Below are positions 1 to 12,900 of a stretch of DNA of 64,000 nt, piece by piece. The DNA lies in assembly GCA_008632985.1 (NCBI GenBank), contig QPGO01000066.1, positions 265,771 through 329,770 on the forward strand, given 5' to 3'. The number at the start of each line of letters is the position of its first letter. Position 1 is the first letter of the stretch. A model generated the notes under the pieces. That model was not told where the DNA came from. It was given only the letters and a program-made list of their open reading frames with translations, and ran no database searches. Source of the DNA: Psammoneis japonica. Taxonomy: Eukaryota. The position numbers were made by a program, and so were the translations under genes.

Positions 1-394
1 GTGAGAGACAAGGAAGACACAGACGTCGTGGAAGACTGTCTGAAGCCGGCTGCAAGGATGGAAACAATGCTGCTGCTCCCGACACTTTTGGCAGTTCAGA
101 AGCACCGCCTCACAGTGATTCAGAACCTGCAACAGGTGATCATGGCAGAACCATGGGCTCCGGTGAGAAGTTGGTCCACGCTGATCTGTCGGATGATTTT
201 GCAAATGTGAGCTCCAACAGTCCAGCAGCAACTGTCGGAATCAGGAAATCCTTGAAAACACAACCGAAACGTGGATGTCATGTTGGGCATTTGGGGGAGT
301 TTCTTTAGCAGCAATGGGTGTTGACACAAGATTCTAAGACACCAATTTGATGGTTTGCAGAGAGCATGATCGGATGATTGGGGTTGGGAAATCC

Positions 395-535
395 GACGCG
401 TTCCAGGTCTAGGTGGGACCTCGCACTGCTGAACTGTGACATCGACAGTTTTTTGAATCACGTCGTATGTCGCGCACGTAGATTTCTACGTGATTTTTTC
501 GACATTTTGTGTCATTTTACGGTGCACTTGTTGAG
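395..535 (-). repeat. 141-bp inverted duplicate of the right end of the adjacent MITE (784-924)
   Basis: 395-535 is the reverse complement of 784-924 with one mismatch (C503 versus T, i.e. A816). Confidence 0.9.
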
Positions 536-924
536 ACGCGTTCCAGCCCTGGGTGGGACTCCGTGTGACATTGGGCCCGTAGAATTCTACGTGCGAGCTC
601 CGTAGTACGAGAATTTAATTGGTGGACATGTTTGTCTTCAACATCAAATAAACTGCCAAGTTTGTGGTACAATTATGCCTCTTGCCACTCGACGTTTTTG
701 CAAATGCGCCTGCCCTACGCGATTCTTAAGACATTATAGAATCGCGCTGTAACAAAAAATGTCAAAAGTTGTTGGACGGATCGCTCAACAAGTGCACCGT
801 AAAATGACACAAAATATCGAAAAAATCACGTAGAAATCTACGTGCGCGACATACGACGTGATTCAAAAAACTGTCGATGTCACAGTTCAGCAGTGCGAGG
901 TCCCACCTAGACCTGGAACGCGTC
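535..924. mobile_element. Young non-autonomous TIR element (MITE), GAC-terminal family, still TpA-containing
   Basis: TIRs GACGCGTTCCAGCCCTGGGTGGGAC (535) and GTCCCACCTAGACCTGGAACGCGTC (to 924). Termini are homologous to those of 4562-4957 and 17798-18179. Flanks TTGA/TGGA do not match, consistent with a rearranged junction. Confidence 0.8.
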
Positions 925-1545
925 TGGAGGCGTTTGTTGTGTCGCTGGGTTGGCAACAGCGACATGGAGACAAACAATTGCTGTCATAAAAACACCTTCT
1001 GCTCTCAATCCTTTTGATCAAACCTCGCCAACAGGAGCAGAACAAACAATTTCTTGGTGAGCATTGACAGCAGGACAGCTGCAATGACCAAACGAACGTT
1101 CATGAGATGCGCGACGTTGGCGCAACATGACAAAGAACATCAATGTTTTGCGACTTGCCCACGGTGCTGAAACCCTGGTTTTCTTCCATGCTGGCACCAT
1201 GCATCATCTGCCGGGATTGTGCGCTTCTTTTCGTTGGCTTTTTCTTCCATTTGGGTGGGCACGGAGGCGTTTGGGGCATCACTGCTGATTGGTGACGGCG
1301 ACATTGAGGTGCAATTGTTGTTGTCACAAAACACTTTCTGCTGGCGATCCTTTTCGCCAAATGTCAGCAACAGGAGTGGAACAAACAATCCATTGAAAAG
1401 GATCGCCAGCAGAACAGCTGCAACAAGGTTGGCACACAACAGACTGAAATGGGTTTCATCACGGCGATTGACACAAGAAGGGTTGCGCTCAACTCGAAAA
1501 AGTTGCTCAAGTGGATGGACGTACAGACTTGCGGGGGGTCTCCGT
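925..1545 (-). mobile_element. Truncated inverted copy of the TTAA-flanked element at 36217-37734
   Basis: The reverse complement aligns with about 36217-36801, including the terminus CGG(A/G)GACCCC..AAGTCTGTACG. The flank reads TTGA where the other copy has TTAA. Confidence 0.75.
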
Positions 1546-2394
1546 CAACTGGTTGCTGGGATTGACTGCAATCAACCTCAATGCAAACTCGACTGCAATG
1601 ACCTGATTGTCGGGAAAGAGCCGAGGTCACAATCACAATCAAGGAAGCAAAGTTGTTGGGCACAGACGAATTTTAAGATCTTCCAAGTGCTGCTCTGCTG
1701 ATCTTTGCCCCATCATTTTCCTTGGCAGTTGGCAGGAATGTCGACCCCAGTTCGGGAGTTGAAAGCAGCGCAACTTTGAGCCAACAGGTGCAGCGCAACA
1801 TTTTGTTGGCAACATCATTTGGTTTTTTGACAAGGCGGTGCAGCGGCACACAAGGCACCGCTCCGCCAGCATCATTTGAGGTTGTGTGTGTGCTGTTTGA
1901 GAAGGCAAGGAGCCATTGCAAAAGACCACTGCCAGAAAGAATCATTGGCTTGTTCACAGGATGAGAATTTTGTTTGCAGTTGTGGGCATTGTCATCTTCA
2001 TGAAGAAGCAGCTGTTGGAGATGGCATCCTCGGTGTGCACCCAGAGCTCAGCTTGAGACACTTTCCACTGTGACATCCCAAATGCTTTGATTTTCCCAGA
2101 GGTGAAACATGATTTGTGTGCCGGCACTTGTTGATGTCAATGAAAGACAATGTGTCAACCTGCGTTGGTCGTCACACACCAGCAAGAATCTTTTTCAGAC
2201 AAATGAGCAAAACAAAAGATCAGGAACACTCTGTGCAGATCCATGCAGCGCAAAAGTTGCTGATGCACTCCAGCTCTGGGTGGGACCTCGCACTGCTGGG
2301 ACACACAGCATTTTGTCGCCAATTGCGACGTTCCCTTGAATGAGTTGGACGATTTGTCATGAAAAAAGCCCTTTGAGACAAATTGCAATGTGCA

Positions 2395-2830
2395 GCCACT
2401 GACAAGAGTTGATGCATCATGGCAACGTGTTGCAGCCTTTAAATGTCACAAAGGGTGTGACAAAAATGACCTTTTGTCTGCATGCATGCTGCATTGTGAA
2501 TTCACAGCAGAGTGGTTCGTCGCAACCATTGGGCAGGAGGCCAGGGGTTCGAAACCCTGAGTGGGAGTTGTCTGCAGCAACGTTGATCACTGTCGAATGC
2601 ATGAAACTCTGTGCAGTTCTGTGTGTTCCTTCATGCGTGCCCACACTGTTCCGCCAAAACCATGCAGTGTCAGTGCATGTCAGCAAAGAGCCGCATGGAC
2701 GCGTGACACATGGGGAGGAGTGCAACACACTGCCACTGACAAGAGTTGATGCATCACGGCGACGTGTCACAGCCTTTAAATGTCACAAAGGGCGTGACAA
2801 AAATGACCTTTTGTCTGCATGCATGCTGCA
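2395..2830 (+). repeat. Pair of 99-bp direct repeats (2395-2493, 2732-2830)
   Basis: Both read GCCACTGACAAGAGTTGATGCATCA...GCATGCATGCTGCA. They differ at TG/CA and CG/TG sites. Confidence 0.85.
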
Positions 2831-2974
2831 AAATTTCAATCGTTGGCAATGAACAAGACAAAATCATCGCTCAATTGGTGGCGGCGTGTCCCATGCACAA
2901 ACGTTGTGTCAACTGCAGTGCCACATGATGAACTTAACTTTCAGCAAAGACTGCACTTTCTGATTGATGTTTTG

Positions 2975-3467
2975 TGGCGATTTTGCACGACAAATTTTGT
3001 CGGACATGACAAATTTTGTCAGACGTGCGACAAATTTTGTCAGACGCACGACAAATTTTGTCGCATCCGACAAACCCCGACAACATGCGACAAATGCTGA
3101 CAAACGCCGACAAGAGCCGACAAATGCTGACAAATGCCGACAGATGGACGTTTGTGACATGCCGACAACGCTCCCCAACATTCAGAAGTGCCCAGTTGCA
3201 TGGACGTGCTGTCTCCACCAGATTCGCCTGCCGTTCGCAAGAGAGCTGCCCACTGACAAAAGGTGCAGCACAGCAACACACACTGGCACATTCCGTTCCA
3301 CCACGCAGAAGCATGTGATGTTGTCCCGGTGCGGTGTGCGGCGTGCGGGGGGGCGTGGTTGTTTCGTTCGTGAGTGGTTGTGTTGTGACGTGTCACGTCG
3401 AGTCATGTCATGTGCCGACAAATTTTGTCGGATGTCCGACAAATTTTGTCGTGTGAATTTTCGTCGA
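2975..3467. mobile_element. MITE-like element with palindromic subterminal repeats
   Basis: GACAAATTTTGTC occurs four times at the left end (about 21-bp spacing) and twice at the right end, followed on the left by about 10-bp GACAAAYGCY repeats. Ends are inverted-similar; TSD unresolved. Confidence 0.65.
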
Positions 3468-3658
3468 TGACATCGATCGCCAAGTTCTGTCAATTGCCCC
3501 ACTCATTGAAACGACATCGCCAAAGTGCAGGTTGTTGGTTGTAAATGACATTGATCATTTTGTCGCTTGGTTGAACAATGTTTCTGTCCCGTTTTTTGCC
3601 AACCCAGACATTTTGTTGCAATTCACATCTTTTTGCAACAAATCATCAACTCGTTCAA

Positions 3659-4187
3659 CACGGGATCCGCGGATGCACCAGGGGAATCTGTGAAATGCGG
3701 GATGAAAGGGGAAAGGGGCAAATGTGAATGGTGGAAAAGTGACATGCCATTGTTTTACCTTGAGGGACCCTTCAGTCAGCCAAACTCGCTCATTGCCAAT
3801 TTGACCCTCGCAGGTCCGCCTTTTCGGGGTCATTGAATTGTGAGAGCAGATGCGGTCTCGAGAAATGATTTCATGTGTTTTGTTGGACCATTGACATTGT
3901 GCAAATCTGAAAATGACACACATGAAAAAAGTGAATTTTCAATTTTATATGACCTTCACAGCCACATGTGTTGTGTGACAATCAATCCTCAAGACGCGTC
4001 CCGTCTCACAACATTTTGACACCCCCCATGAGACGGACCTGTGATGATGGTCAGATGAGATGTGTGCATGTTCGGCTCACCAAAGGGACCCTCAAGGCAC
4101 AATGACAGCCCCTCACTTTCCCACCATTCCCATTTGCCCCTTTCCCCTTTCATCCCGCAATTCCCGGGTGCACCCGTGGATCCCGCG
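3659..4187. mobile_element. TTAA-flanked non-autonomous element with long (>100 bp) TIRs, piggyBac-like
   Basis: Left end CACGGGATCCGCGGATGCACC...GGGATGAAAGGGGAAAGGGGCAAATG is matched in reverse complement at the right end. Flanks are TCAA (3655-3658) and TTAA (4188-4191). Confidence 0.75.
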
Positions 4188-4561
4188 TTAAGAAAATGTC
4201 GCCAAATGCAACAAAATGCCGTGCGTCCCTGAGCTGTGACACAATCATTTTTTGTCATCCGTTGCATGTTTCTCACGCACATTTCTCCATGTTCTGTCAT
4301 AAAAAATTGCTCCACACTGCCTGTTTTGCAAAGCCAAGGGCTTTCTGTTGTCTGCATTCATGACAACAAAAATGTGCTGGGTGTGTTCTTTGATGTCTGA
4401 AGAATGTGCCCGGGCATGCTGCAAAGAATGCACTTCAAGTGTGGAGGAGGAGACACGTTCGCAAAATTGCCTCTTTTTCTGTTGGCGATCATTCATGTGT
4501 CCATTGCTTGACAATTTTGCTGCGGAGCTCGCACGCAGAATTCTGCGGGCCAAATGTCACA

Positions 4562-4957
4562 GACGCGTTCCAGCTCTAGGTGGGACCTCGCACCACTGGA
4601 CTGTGACACAATTGTTTTTTGTCATCCGTCGCACGTTTTGCACGCACATTTCTACGTGTTCTGTTGCAAAATGTTGTTCCACACTGCCTCTTTTGCGAAG
4701 CCAAAGGCTTTCTGTTTTCTGCGTTTGTGACAATAAAAATGCGCCGGGTGTGTTCTTTGATGTCTAAAGAATGTGCCCGGGCAAACTGCAAATGACGCAC
4801 TTCAAATTTGGAGGAGGAGATGCGTTCGTAAAATTGCCTCTGTTTCTGTCAGCGATCATTCACATTTTCATTGCTTGGCAATTTTACCACGGAGCTCGCA
4901 CATGGAATTCTGTGTGCCCAATGTCACAAAAAGTCCCACCTGGGATTGGAGCCCGTC
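4562..4957 (-). mobile_element. GAC-terminal MITE inserted into a related element
   Basis: GACGCGTTCCAG...TGGAGCCCGTC with TSD CACA (4558-4561, 4958-4961). The body is similar to the host segment at about 4230-4560. Confidence 0.85.
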
Positions 4958-7900
4958 CACAAAAAGTCCCACCTGGAACTGGAGCCCGTCTGCTGCTGTC
5001 ACAGCAGGTCTGCACAATCCCTTTGTTGGGCTTTCTTGCTCATGGGAAGTTTTGTTGGTTTGTTGAGTGACAAAACACATTGCTCAAAGAGGAAGGATGC
5101 AACAAGTCATTCTTGGTCAAAACAACTTTTAACTCAGACATCACGACAGGAATTTGTTTGAGAAAGGGCAGAGCAGTTGCTTGACAAAGAAGATTCTGCA
5201 ACAGGTTGCTCTCACGTCAAAATGACTTTAAGCTCAGACATCACAACAAGCATTCACTTTTAAAGGGCAACATTGTCCCAAGTTCGTGGAGCTGCATTGG
5301 CCCCACAAAGCTTTCATGGGACAACTGATGCAAGAGATTTTTGCTCGGGAGATTGGGGCACTTTCTCCACAGCTCCCCCAAAACAACCAACATGATGCCA
5401 TTGCAACCAGTCAGCTCTCACTTTGTCCAATGGTTCAGTGTCGACAATTGGTTGTTCATTGGACAGTCACCAAAACTAATTTCACATCGGCACACCTCCA
5501 TCAGGGTTGCCACACATCGTTCTCCATTGCTCACACACCACATCTGCTGTCGACTCATCACATGCATGACATTGCTGTCCACAATGGGAACAACCTTAAA
5601 AACCATTTTCCAGAATTGCTCAGTCGTCAACATCAGAATCAACAGCACCCAAAGTGGTGTGATGCATTTGGCAATTTTGCAAATGCCCAAACACCCCAAT
5701 GACTCAAATGACCAAAGTGACATCAAATTGCAACCGTAAAAAAAGTTGAAAATCCCCCAAATGACAACCTGCCTGGAAAACAAGATCATGAAGGCATGCT
5801 TTTCTCTTCACCAAATGAGCCGCCATGAACCATTTGCAATGAACTGGGAGCATCATAAAAAACTTGCATTGCTTTTTTTTGCAATGGTTGAAAAACCCCA
5901 TTTTTCATTTGGGGTCAGGCACTCATGAACCTGCCATTCCGGTGCAGCCAAAATCAGTGAAACGGCTCAATTTCTTTGCCTGTTTGTCAGACTGCGCAAT
6001 TGCTGTGCAATTGTGCAATCAACCAATTGCTGCTCTGCAGAGATGCAATCAACAACTGATTGCAATCTGATTGCCGCAGAAAACTTTGCAACTGGTTGAC
6101 ACTCAAAAAATTTGTTTGACATTTGAACAAGGAGGCTGTTGCAGTGATTTGCTGTTGAGTGCAAAAAAAACTGAGATTTTTCAGCACCCGCACCAGATCA
6201 TGCATGCATGCATGCACATCATGCAGTGCAATCAAAGCACAACAAATTGACATCTCAAGAACGCAGTCTGCTGTCATCATGCACTCACCTGATGCTGATC
6301 ACACAACAAATGGCAAGCCCAACACAAGTGAGCTTGTGATGCAACATGGCCTCCTGAGCAATCTCAGCTGAGGCAAAACAAAAAAAGTGAGACCATCAGA
6401 GAGGTGGCCAAAAAAGGTGAGCTGGTCACAGGGCATTGTTTGGCACTTTGACCTGGTGAGCGCACTCTTGGATTTGTTGCGCCAGCCCATGCTCGCTTGT
6501 TTTCATTTGACCTTTTTTCATTTGCACTTGACATTTTTGTTTGGCCTGCATGTGGTCATTGCCCCACCATGGCCAAAATGTGTGTTTTGTTTTTTCACAT
6601 TCCAACCCAAACGCAACAATGGTCACAACAGTCCGGCACCATTTCACTCAAATCTGTGAAGTTGCACTCAATTGTCATCACAGACATTTTCATCCAGCAT
6701 TTTTTCAAAAATGTCAATGAAAATGTTTTTGATTCTCAGGGGTGCAATTTTGAATCTGTGCCACTTTTTTCAAGTCAAGAGAAAACACCAAAGGGGGGGA
6801 GGGGCAGCTTCTTGCAATGGCGTGCAACAAAGCAGCATGGACACAGCAAGTGCAGGCAAACATGTGACACAAAAAACAATGAGCAAACATTGCAACTGTG
6901 GTGCAGAGACAGAGCAGTCTGAGCAAGCAGATGGTCAATGGCCAAAAGGCTGGCAAAGACACATCATCAAGGTGAGAGATTGTGTCAAAAGAGAAGTTTG
7001 TCTGAGCATTGCCCTCACACTTGGTGCAAAACAATTGGACAAAACAGGCACGCTGCACAAAAACAAGTTTTGCCGCAAGTTTCATTGGGGAATTGACATT
7101 GAGCAAGATGCATGGCTGACACCAGTGGTGCAACAAGAAAAGGAACAACTCTCAGCTCTGACAGACATTTCAAAAATGAGCTTGAGAGCATTGCCAACAA
7201 GGGGCTCATGGAAAAGGAGACAATGCAAAGAAGAGAAGGTGTGCAAGGTGACTCAAGTGCATTGCACCCCATCACAAAGAAGAAAAGGTGTGCAACGTGA
7301 CTCAAGCACATTGTGCCAAGCAAGCAACTCGAGCCCAGCAAAAGAAGGCATGAAAGATGATGCAGGATGCCAAGGAAGAGCAAGGGATGGTCACCAAGAG
7401 CTGACTTGGCTGATGGGAAGATTGGTGTGGAACACTTTCAGCCAGCCACAGAAAGCAAAGACCGCTTCACAAACTGGGATCTGGTCATCTGCCAGCGGGA
7501 GGGCCCTTGATGACATTTCCCTGGTGTGCTCATGCCTTGTTGAGGTGTGCAGGGTTTGCAGCATCAACAAGCTGTGGGGGCAGCACAGCTCTGGCTTTTT
7601 CTTCATTGGGCACTCAAGAAAAAGTGGGCACAAGCCATGCAGTGCTTCTTTTTTGGCGGCAATCCTCTCCCTCCTTTTGTTTAGATTGAGGTGCAGTGCT
7701 GTTCTTGGGGGGGGGGGGGGGCATTTGTTGCTTTTTTTGTCTGCAGCTGGTCAGCTCCTCTTGCACAATCCTTCTGCAGTGATGACCCGGTCAGGACTCC
7801 CCAAAGCGATGCTTGCCTGTGGGCTCTTGTTCTTGCACTTTTGGTCAATGACCCAAGCATTGTCGTTGCATCTCTGTGAAAACTTGCACTGCCAAGAGGG

Positions 7901-9333
7901 GCCTTGTCAAGCTTTTTTCAAGAATGAGATGAAGCTGTTGTGGGGAAAGAACACAATCACGCAAGGAGCTCAGCTTTGTGTCAAGAACAAATTGCCTGCA
8001 CAAGAGAGCAAACTGCAAAGAAGAACTGTCTTTCTTGCTGCTCATTTTTCAATTTGGCATTGCATGATCTGCCTGTCCCATCTGACCTCACTGGCACCTT
8101 TTTTGCTCTTGTTTTCATCTCTGGAGCACTGGCTTGATTTTTGGTGGTTGTTCAAGAGGGGGGTTGGATCTCACAACTGGTGCCTTGCCCCACACAAAGT
8201 TTGCAGCTGTGTTTCTCTGGACACGAACCAAGATTGCATGCCCATTCCACCACCAGTGCTGCAACACCAGGAGGCTGGGTTTCCACCTTCTCATCAAACA
8301 CTGGCCCAGCCTGTTCTTTGAGATCCCAGCCACACCAGCACCACGCATGGAGCTCACAAGAAGGGCACCCCACTTCTCGACACATCTGGAGCAACACATG
8401 TCTCCCACTGCTGCTGCTGGCCATTGCTTGCAGAGGCAAGCATTCTCTGGGGACTGTTTTTAACACATGTTTTTTTTCAATGTCTTGGCCACTTTGTTGC
8501 TGGCATGGATCCCAACTCAGCACATTTGTTGTTGCTCTGCTGCCACCTCATTTTGCTGGCATCAAGGATGATGATGGCAACTTTCTTGTTGAAGGCCACA
8601 GCAAGCCACAGCATTGTGCTTTGGATCCACAGGGACAATGTGGGGTTCCCAGTCTATTTTGTCATTCCTTCTCATCATGATGTTGGATCACTGGTGTGCA
8701 CATGGTGCTGATTGTGTTCAATCCCAGTGTGTGCTGCCCACGACACATGACCACACACCATCCTTTCAACTCATTGACTCTGGTGTTTTGACTGCCAGGC
8801 TGGATCTTCCTCCAACTGCAACCGCACCTCATGGTGTCACCAAAGGGAAGCACCCAACAATGCTTTGCCACCCATGGTCATGTGTCTCCATGCTGCACGT
8901 GCAACCAGCACAAGAAGCTTCTTCTTCTTCTTCTTGAAGAGGCCTGCCACACACAGCTGTTGTCAAGGACTGCAGCCAAAACACTGAGAAAAGTGAATGA
9001 AATGGTTGATGTCATCATCAAATCCATGGTCCATTTGGCTGTCAAAAGCAATGATGTGTGGAGTGGCCAGACAAGCAACAGTGGACATGCTCGCTGTTTT
9101 CTGTGCATTTCTTCTGCTGCCTGCTGGGCTGGCTCCCCCCTCCTGGCTCTGCCTTGAGTTGGCGGTGGTGTGGTCTGGTGACAATGTGGCCTCCTCCACA
9201 CTCTCATGCTTGCATCCATCTCAGCGTCGTCATCAATTTTCCATCATCATTCTGTTGTTGGTCAAAGGCATTCGGGCTGTAGACTGCATGCAAGCAACAT
9301 TTTTTGTTGTCCAGTTTTTTGTCACACACCAGC

Positions 9334-9911
9334 ATTCAAAAAATTTGAGCCAGTTTCCGCTTGCCACCAGCTGAGCGAGAAGCACGCATGCCGTGGTGCT
9401 GATGCATGTAGAGCGTTGAGTTTCGAATGCTTGGGACAGTTCTTTTCTTTTGTTCTGCACCCCACTGCACCGCCAATGGCCATGGCGTTGATCCCTGTCA
9501 TTCATTGGCAGCCCCTCTTCCAACACATCTGTTGCTTCCACCCAACTTTCCCGCCACCATCCAACATGTCCACCTCTGATCCTTCTTGTGATCATCTCAC
9601 AGCGGAGTTAGCTGCTGCTTGCCACTTGCTCCACTTCCCAAATTTCTTCCATTGAATTGAAAAAAAAACCGTTCGATCGGGCCACAAATTCGGCTTGTGG
9701 CAGCTCTTCCAGAAAGTTGTTGCAAGCCTGTCTTCGCAGTTTAGTCTCTGCATTGTCCATTGTCTGTAGAGCATTCATGGTGCTTTGCTGTCGCTCTGAT
9801 TGTGCAACTGTGCTCCTGTGAGAAGTGGTGGTCTGCTGTCAGTTGCGACACTGCTCTCTAGCTAGAAGATGCCTCACGACTCACTCCTTCCGTGTGTGTG
9901 ATGTGTTGCTG
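9334..9911 (+). pseudogene. Decayed, internally deleted duplicate of locus about 18592-21328 (5' of HA gene joined to 5' of HNH-like gene)
   Basis: 9334-9618 aligns to about 18592-18890. 9619-9907 aligns to about 21034-21328. Confidence 0.9.
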
Positions 9912-9912
9912 C

Positions 9913-12900
9913 TTGTGGCAGCACAGGGGGAGGGACAGATGCATCCACCTCCCACCGCACGCAGCCTTGAACGAACCTGAATGCCAGTGGCATTCTTTGC
10001 AACTCGTCACCGCCTGTCGAGGCCGCAGCAGTGGTTGTAACTTTTTGAAGAAGGGAGCGACACACACCAACCTTTCTCCCTTCATGGCTGCTGTCCCTCC
10101 TGTGGCAGCCGGTGGAGCACCTCCGGCTGACGTGTTCCAGTCCCAGGTGACGCACAAAACGACAATCGGATTTCGAACACAACTCATGTGTGTTTTGCTG
10201 TGTGAAGCATTTTAACAAAAATGCTCAGACGGATTGACTTTTGTGGGCTTCTGGAGCATGCACATTTAAACAGTTTTTTTGAGGGGAATTCAAATCCTCA
10301 TGGGATGTGTGTCACAAACTTCCTCAGCAGACTCAATGCTGATTGCACGTCAGCAGATTTACACTGAGATTTTCTTGCAGGTGGAAAACCCACCAAGTGG
10401 CATCGTAGAAAGACACGCTCAGGTGACATCCAAATGACGGCAACATTTTCGCCGAAAATCATCCGTTTTGTCACGAGTCTTTCAACGCAATGAAAAACAC
10501 AGATGGCACAATGACAATGACATTGCAACACTCACACGAGTCTTGTCAGTGTTGCAAAACATTCACATTTGTGTGAATCTACACTTTTGGTGGTGAAAGT
10601 TTGATCGCAAGTTGGGGACCGCGCAAAAATCGCGCAAATGTCGTTTTTGTGCACGATTTGGTTCACGTGCGGCTGGAACACGTCGGCTCCCCCAAAAACA
10701 TGCCACGACAAGTGGACAAGTCAAGGAGATCACTTGGGTGGGGAGCATGCGAATTTAATCCGTCGGTGCGACACCACCATCGCTGCTCCCGAGCCGGCCA
10801 CCACGCCACTCGAGCACATCATCGACTCGAGCGACGTGGCACCCAAGGCCTTTTTGGCGCTGGTGTGGCAAGGCACAGGTTGTCGCATCACCTGCATCCA
10901 CCGGCCCTCTGTGTGCATCAGAGACCCGGTGGAGACCTTGCCATGGGATGGACGCATGTTTTGTTTTCACGGAGATGTCCTGCCGGGTAATTTTGTTGCC
11001 ATTCACAAGATGCCCAACACTTCGTTCGACATTGTGGGGCCTCAAATGGTGCCTGCTGTGGCCAACATGGCCGCCCTCGAAGGCACCTTGGTGGATGACA
11101 ACGACTTGACACCTCCGCAGACCGATGGCGCCCCGGACACTGACACAATCTACGTCCGCCGTCTCGCACAAGTGCCCCACGCCTGCCTGCATCCAGCGCT
11201 GACCCGGGATCTCACCCCACTGCAAGCCTGGTGGGAACCAGCAGGAGCAATCCAAAATGACGGTCGCGCAGGGGACTTGAGTCCTCTCATCGACTGGTTG
11301 CGCGCGGCCCTCACCACCAACACTGCGGTGAATCCAGATCCAGTCCATTGTCCAGGTGACCGCACCACCGCCTTGCCGCCACTTGCGGTGGAAGCCAGAT
11401 TGCAAGAGCATCGTTGGCATGCATTGTTGCAAGACCTGCCCGCCTTGGATTCAACAGCCGTGGACAACACCGACCGCATGCCAGCCTTCGCTGACATGGT
11501 CCGAGCCGATGCAGTGTGCACGGAAGCAACATGCTCTGCAGCCACAGCCGCAGCCGCAGTGCCTAAAACTCTGGTGGAAGCCTTCCCACAGACCACACCC
11601 GTGTGGCTCTTGCTGTTGAGCGCACCAGACGATGCAGCCTTGCCCACGCTGCTCCACGCTTGGGCCAATCTCGTGTTGCACCTGCAGTTTCGAAGGAGCT
11701 GCACGAGATGGCATTGCAAGGGAAGGTTGCACCTCACGTGCACCAAGTGAACAACCCAACCGCCGGTGTGTCACCTTTCACCTGTGGCTTCTTCCTTGCT
11801 GGACAAGGTTCTGCCGTGCAAGTCTGGGCCGAACGCTGCGACCTTGCGTTGGCAGGCAACCTGACACCTGCTGTTGCAGAACAAGAGGAATTCCGCACCA
11901 AGGGTGCACAGCTGCCGACATCCACTTGCCATTGTGGAAGCATGCTCCAAGCCACCAGCTTGGTCTTGGATGTCATCCAAGGCTCAGACCACCCCCATGC
12001 TGTGGCTTTCCGGCAGTTTTGCTTGGAAGACTGGCGGGACATGGTCGACTTGCTCGAGCAATCCAGAGCCCTGCTGGCAGAAGGAAACGTCCTTCCCCGC
12101 ATTTGCCGCGAGGTGCAGATGCTCGTGGGGGTCTGCCTTTGCAGGCTCATGCAAGGCGGGGTGCCCCGGGTGCCCGACTGCACCGCAGTGGCGCACAAGG
12201 TGCCACATGGGCAATTCTCCCTGCTGGCACAGTTGCCCCATCATTTGCTTGGCCAGCCAGACAGGGCGATCAATCCCCAGATGAGCTCAACCAGCGCCCC
12301 CAACAGTGGGACCACCTCTGCACCAGCTGCTGCCGCTGGGCGTCGCGACCCCGGTGCGGCCGTCACACTCAAACAGCACCAACGCTCGAACTCCCCTGTG
12401 TGCCGTGCGCCTCGGCAGGCGTTGGGGTCATGTCGCCAGCCGCGCCATCACCAAAATGCTCCCAAGTGTTGGCCGCCGCCTTGCCACATCTGGGATTCCT
12501 GCCCAAGGACGTCACTGCACGCAGCCTCCGAGCCGGTGGTGCCGTGGCACTTTTGTGCACCAAAGTAGACACCGACATCATCCGTCTTGTCGGATCTCAA
12601 CGAAAATCCTGAACCACGGCAACTTCACGTTACTCCCGGGTTCCGACATCCCCCCCGTTGCACAAAATGTCATCAATCAAGCCCAACCCCTTGTCACTTG
12701 TCGGCACTCCAAGAGTGTCAGATCGGAGGCGGTCTCTGTTGCTGGTGAGCCAAAAGAGGGCAAGAAACCCCAGCAAAGCGCTGACACCACCAACTGCCGC
12801 CTCCCAACTGCAGTGGGACGCACCCCCCAGCTGCGTTGGTGGCAAACAGCCATTGTGGCAGCACAGGGGGAAGGACAGACACACCCACCTCCCACCGCAC

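Larger units (their letters stand above)
2262..4990. mobile_element. GAC-terminal TIR element hosting nested insertions
   Basis: Ends GATGCACTCCAGCTCTGGGTGGGAC and GTCCCACCTGGAACTGGAGCCCGTC. 4-bp direct flanks TGCT (2258-2261 and 4991-4994). Confidence 0.7.

Noticed and set aside
2985..3170. CRISPR-like array (GACAAATTTTGTC repeats)
   Set aside because: Spacers are only about 7-8 bp, there are no cas genes and the context is eukaryotic. Better explained as subterminal MITE repeats.
6672..8321. 549-aa ORF as a real gene
   Set aside because: It has no Tyr and no recognisable domain, and lies in TA-free DNA where TAA/TAG are missing.
7400..8700. Possible decayed transposase on the minus strand
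   Set aside because: No catalytic motif could be recognised with confidence.
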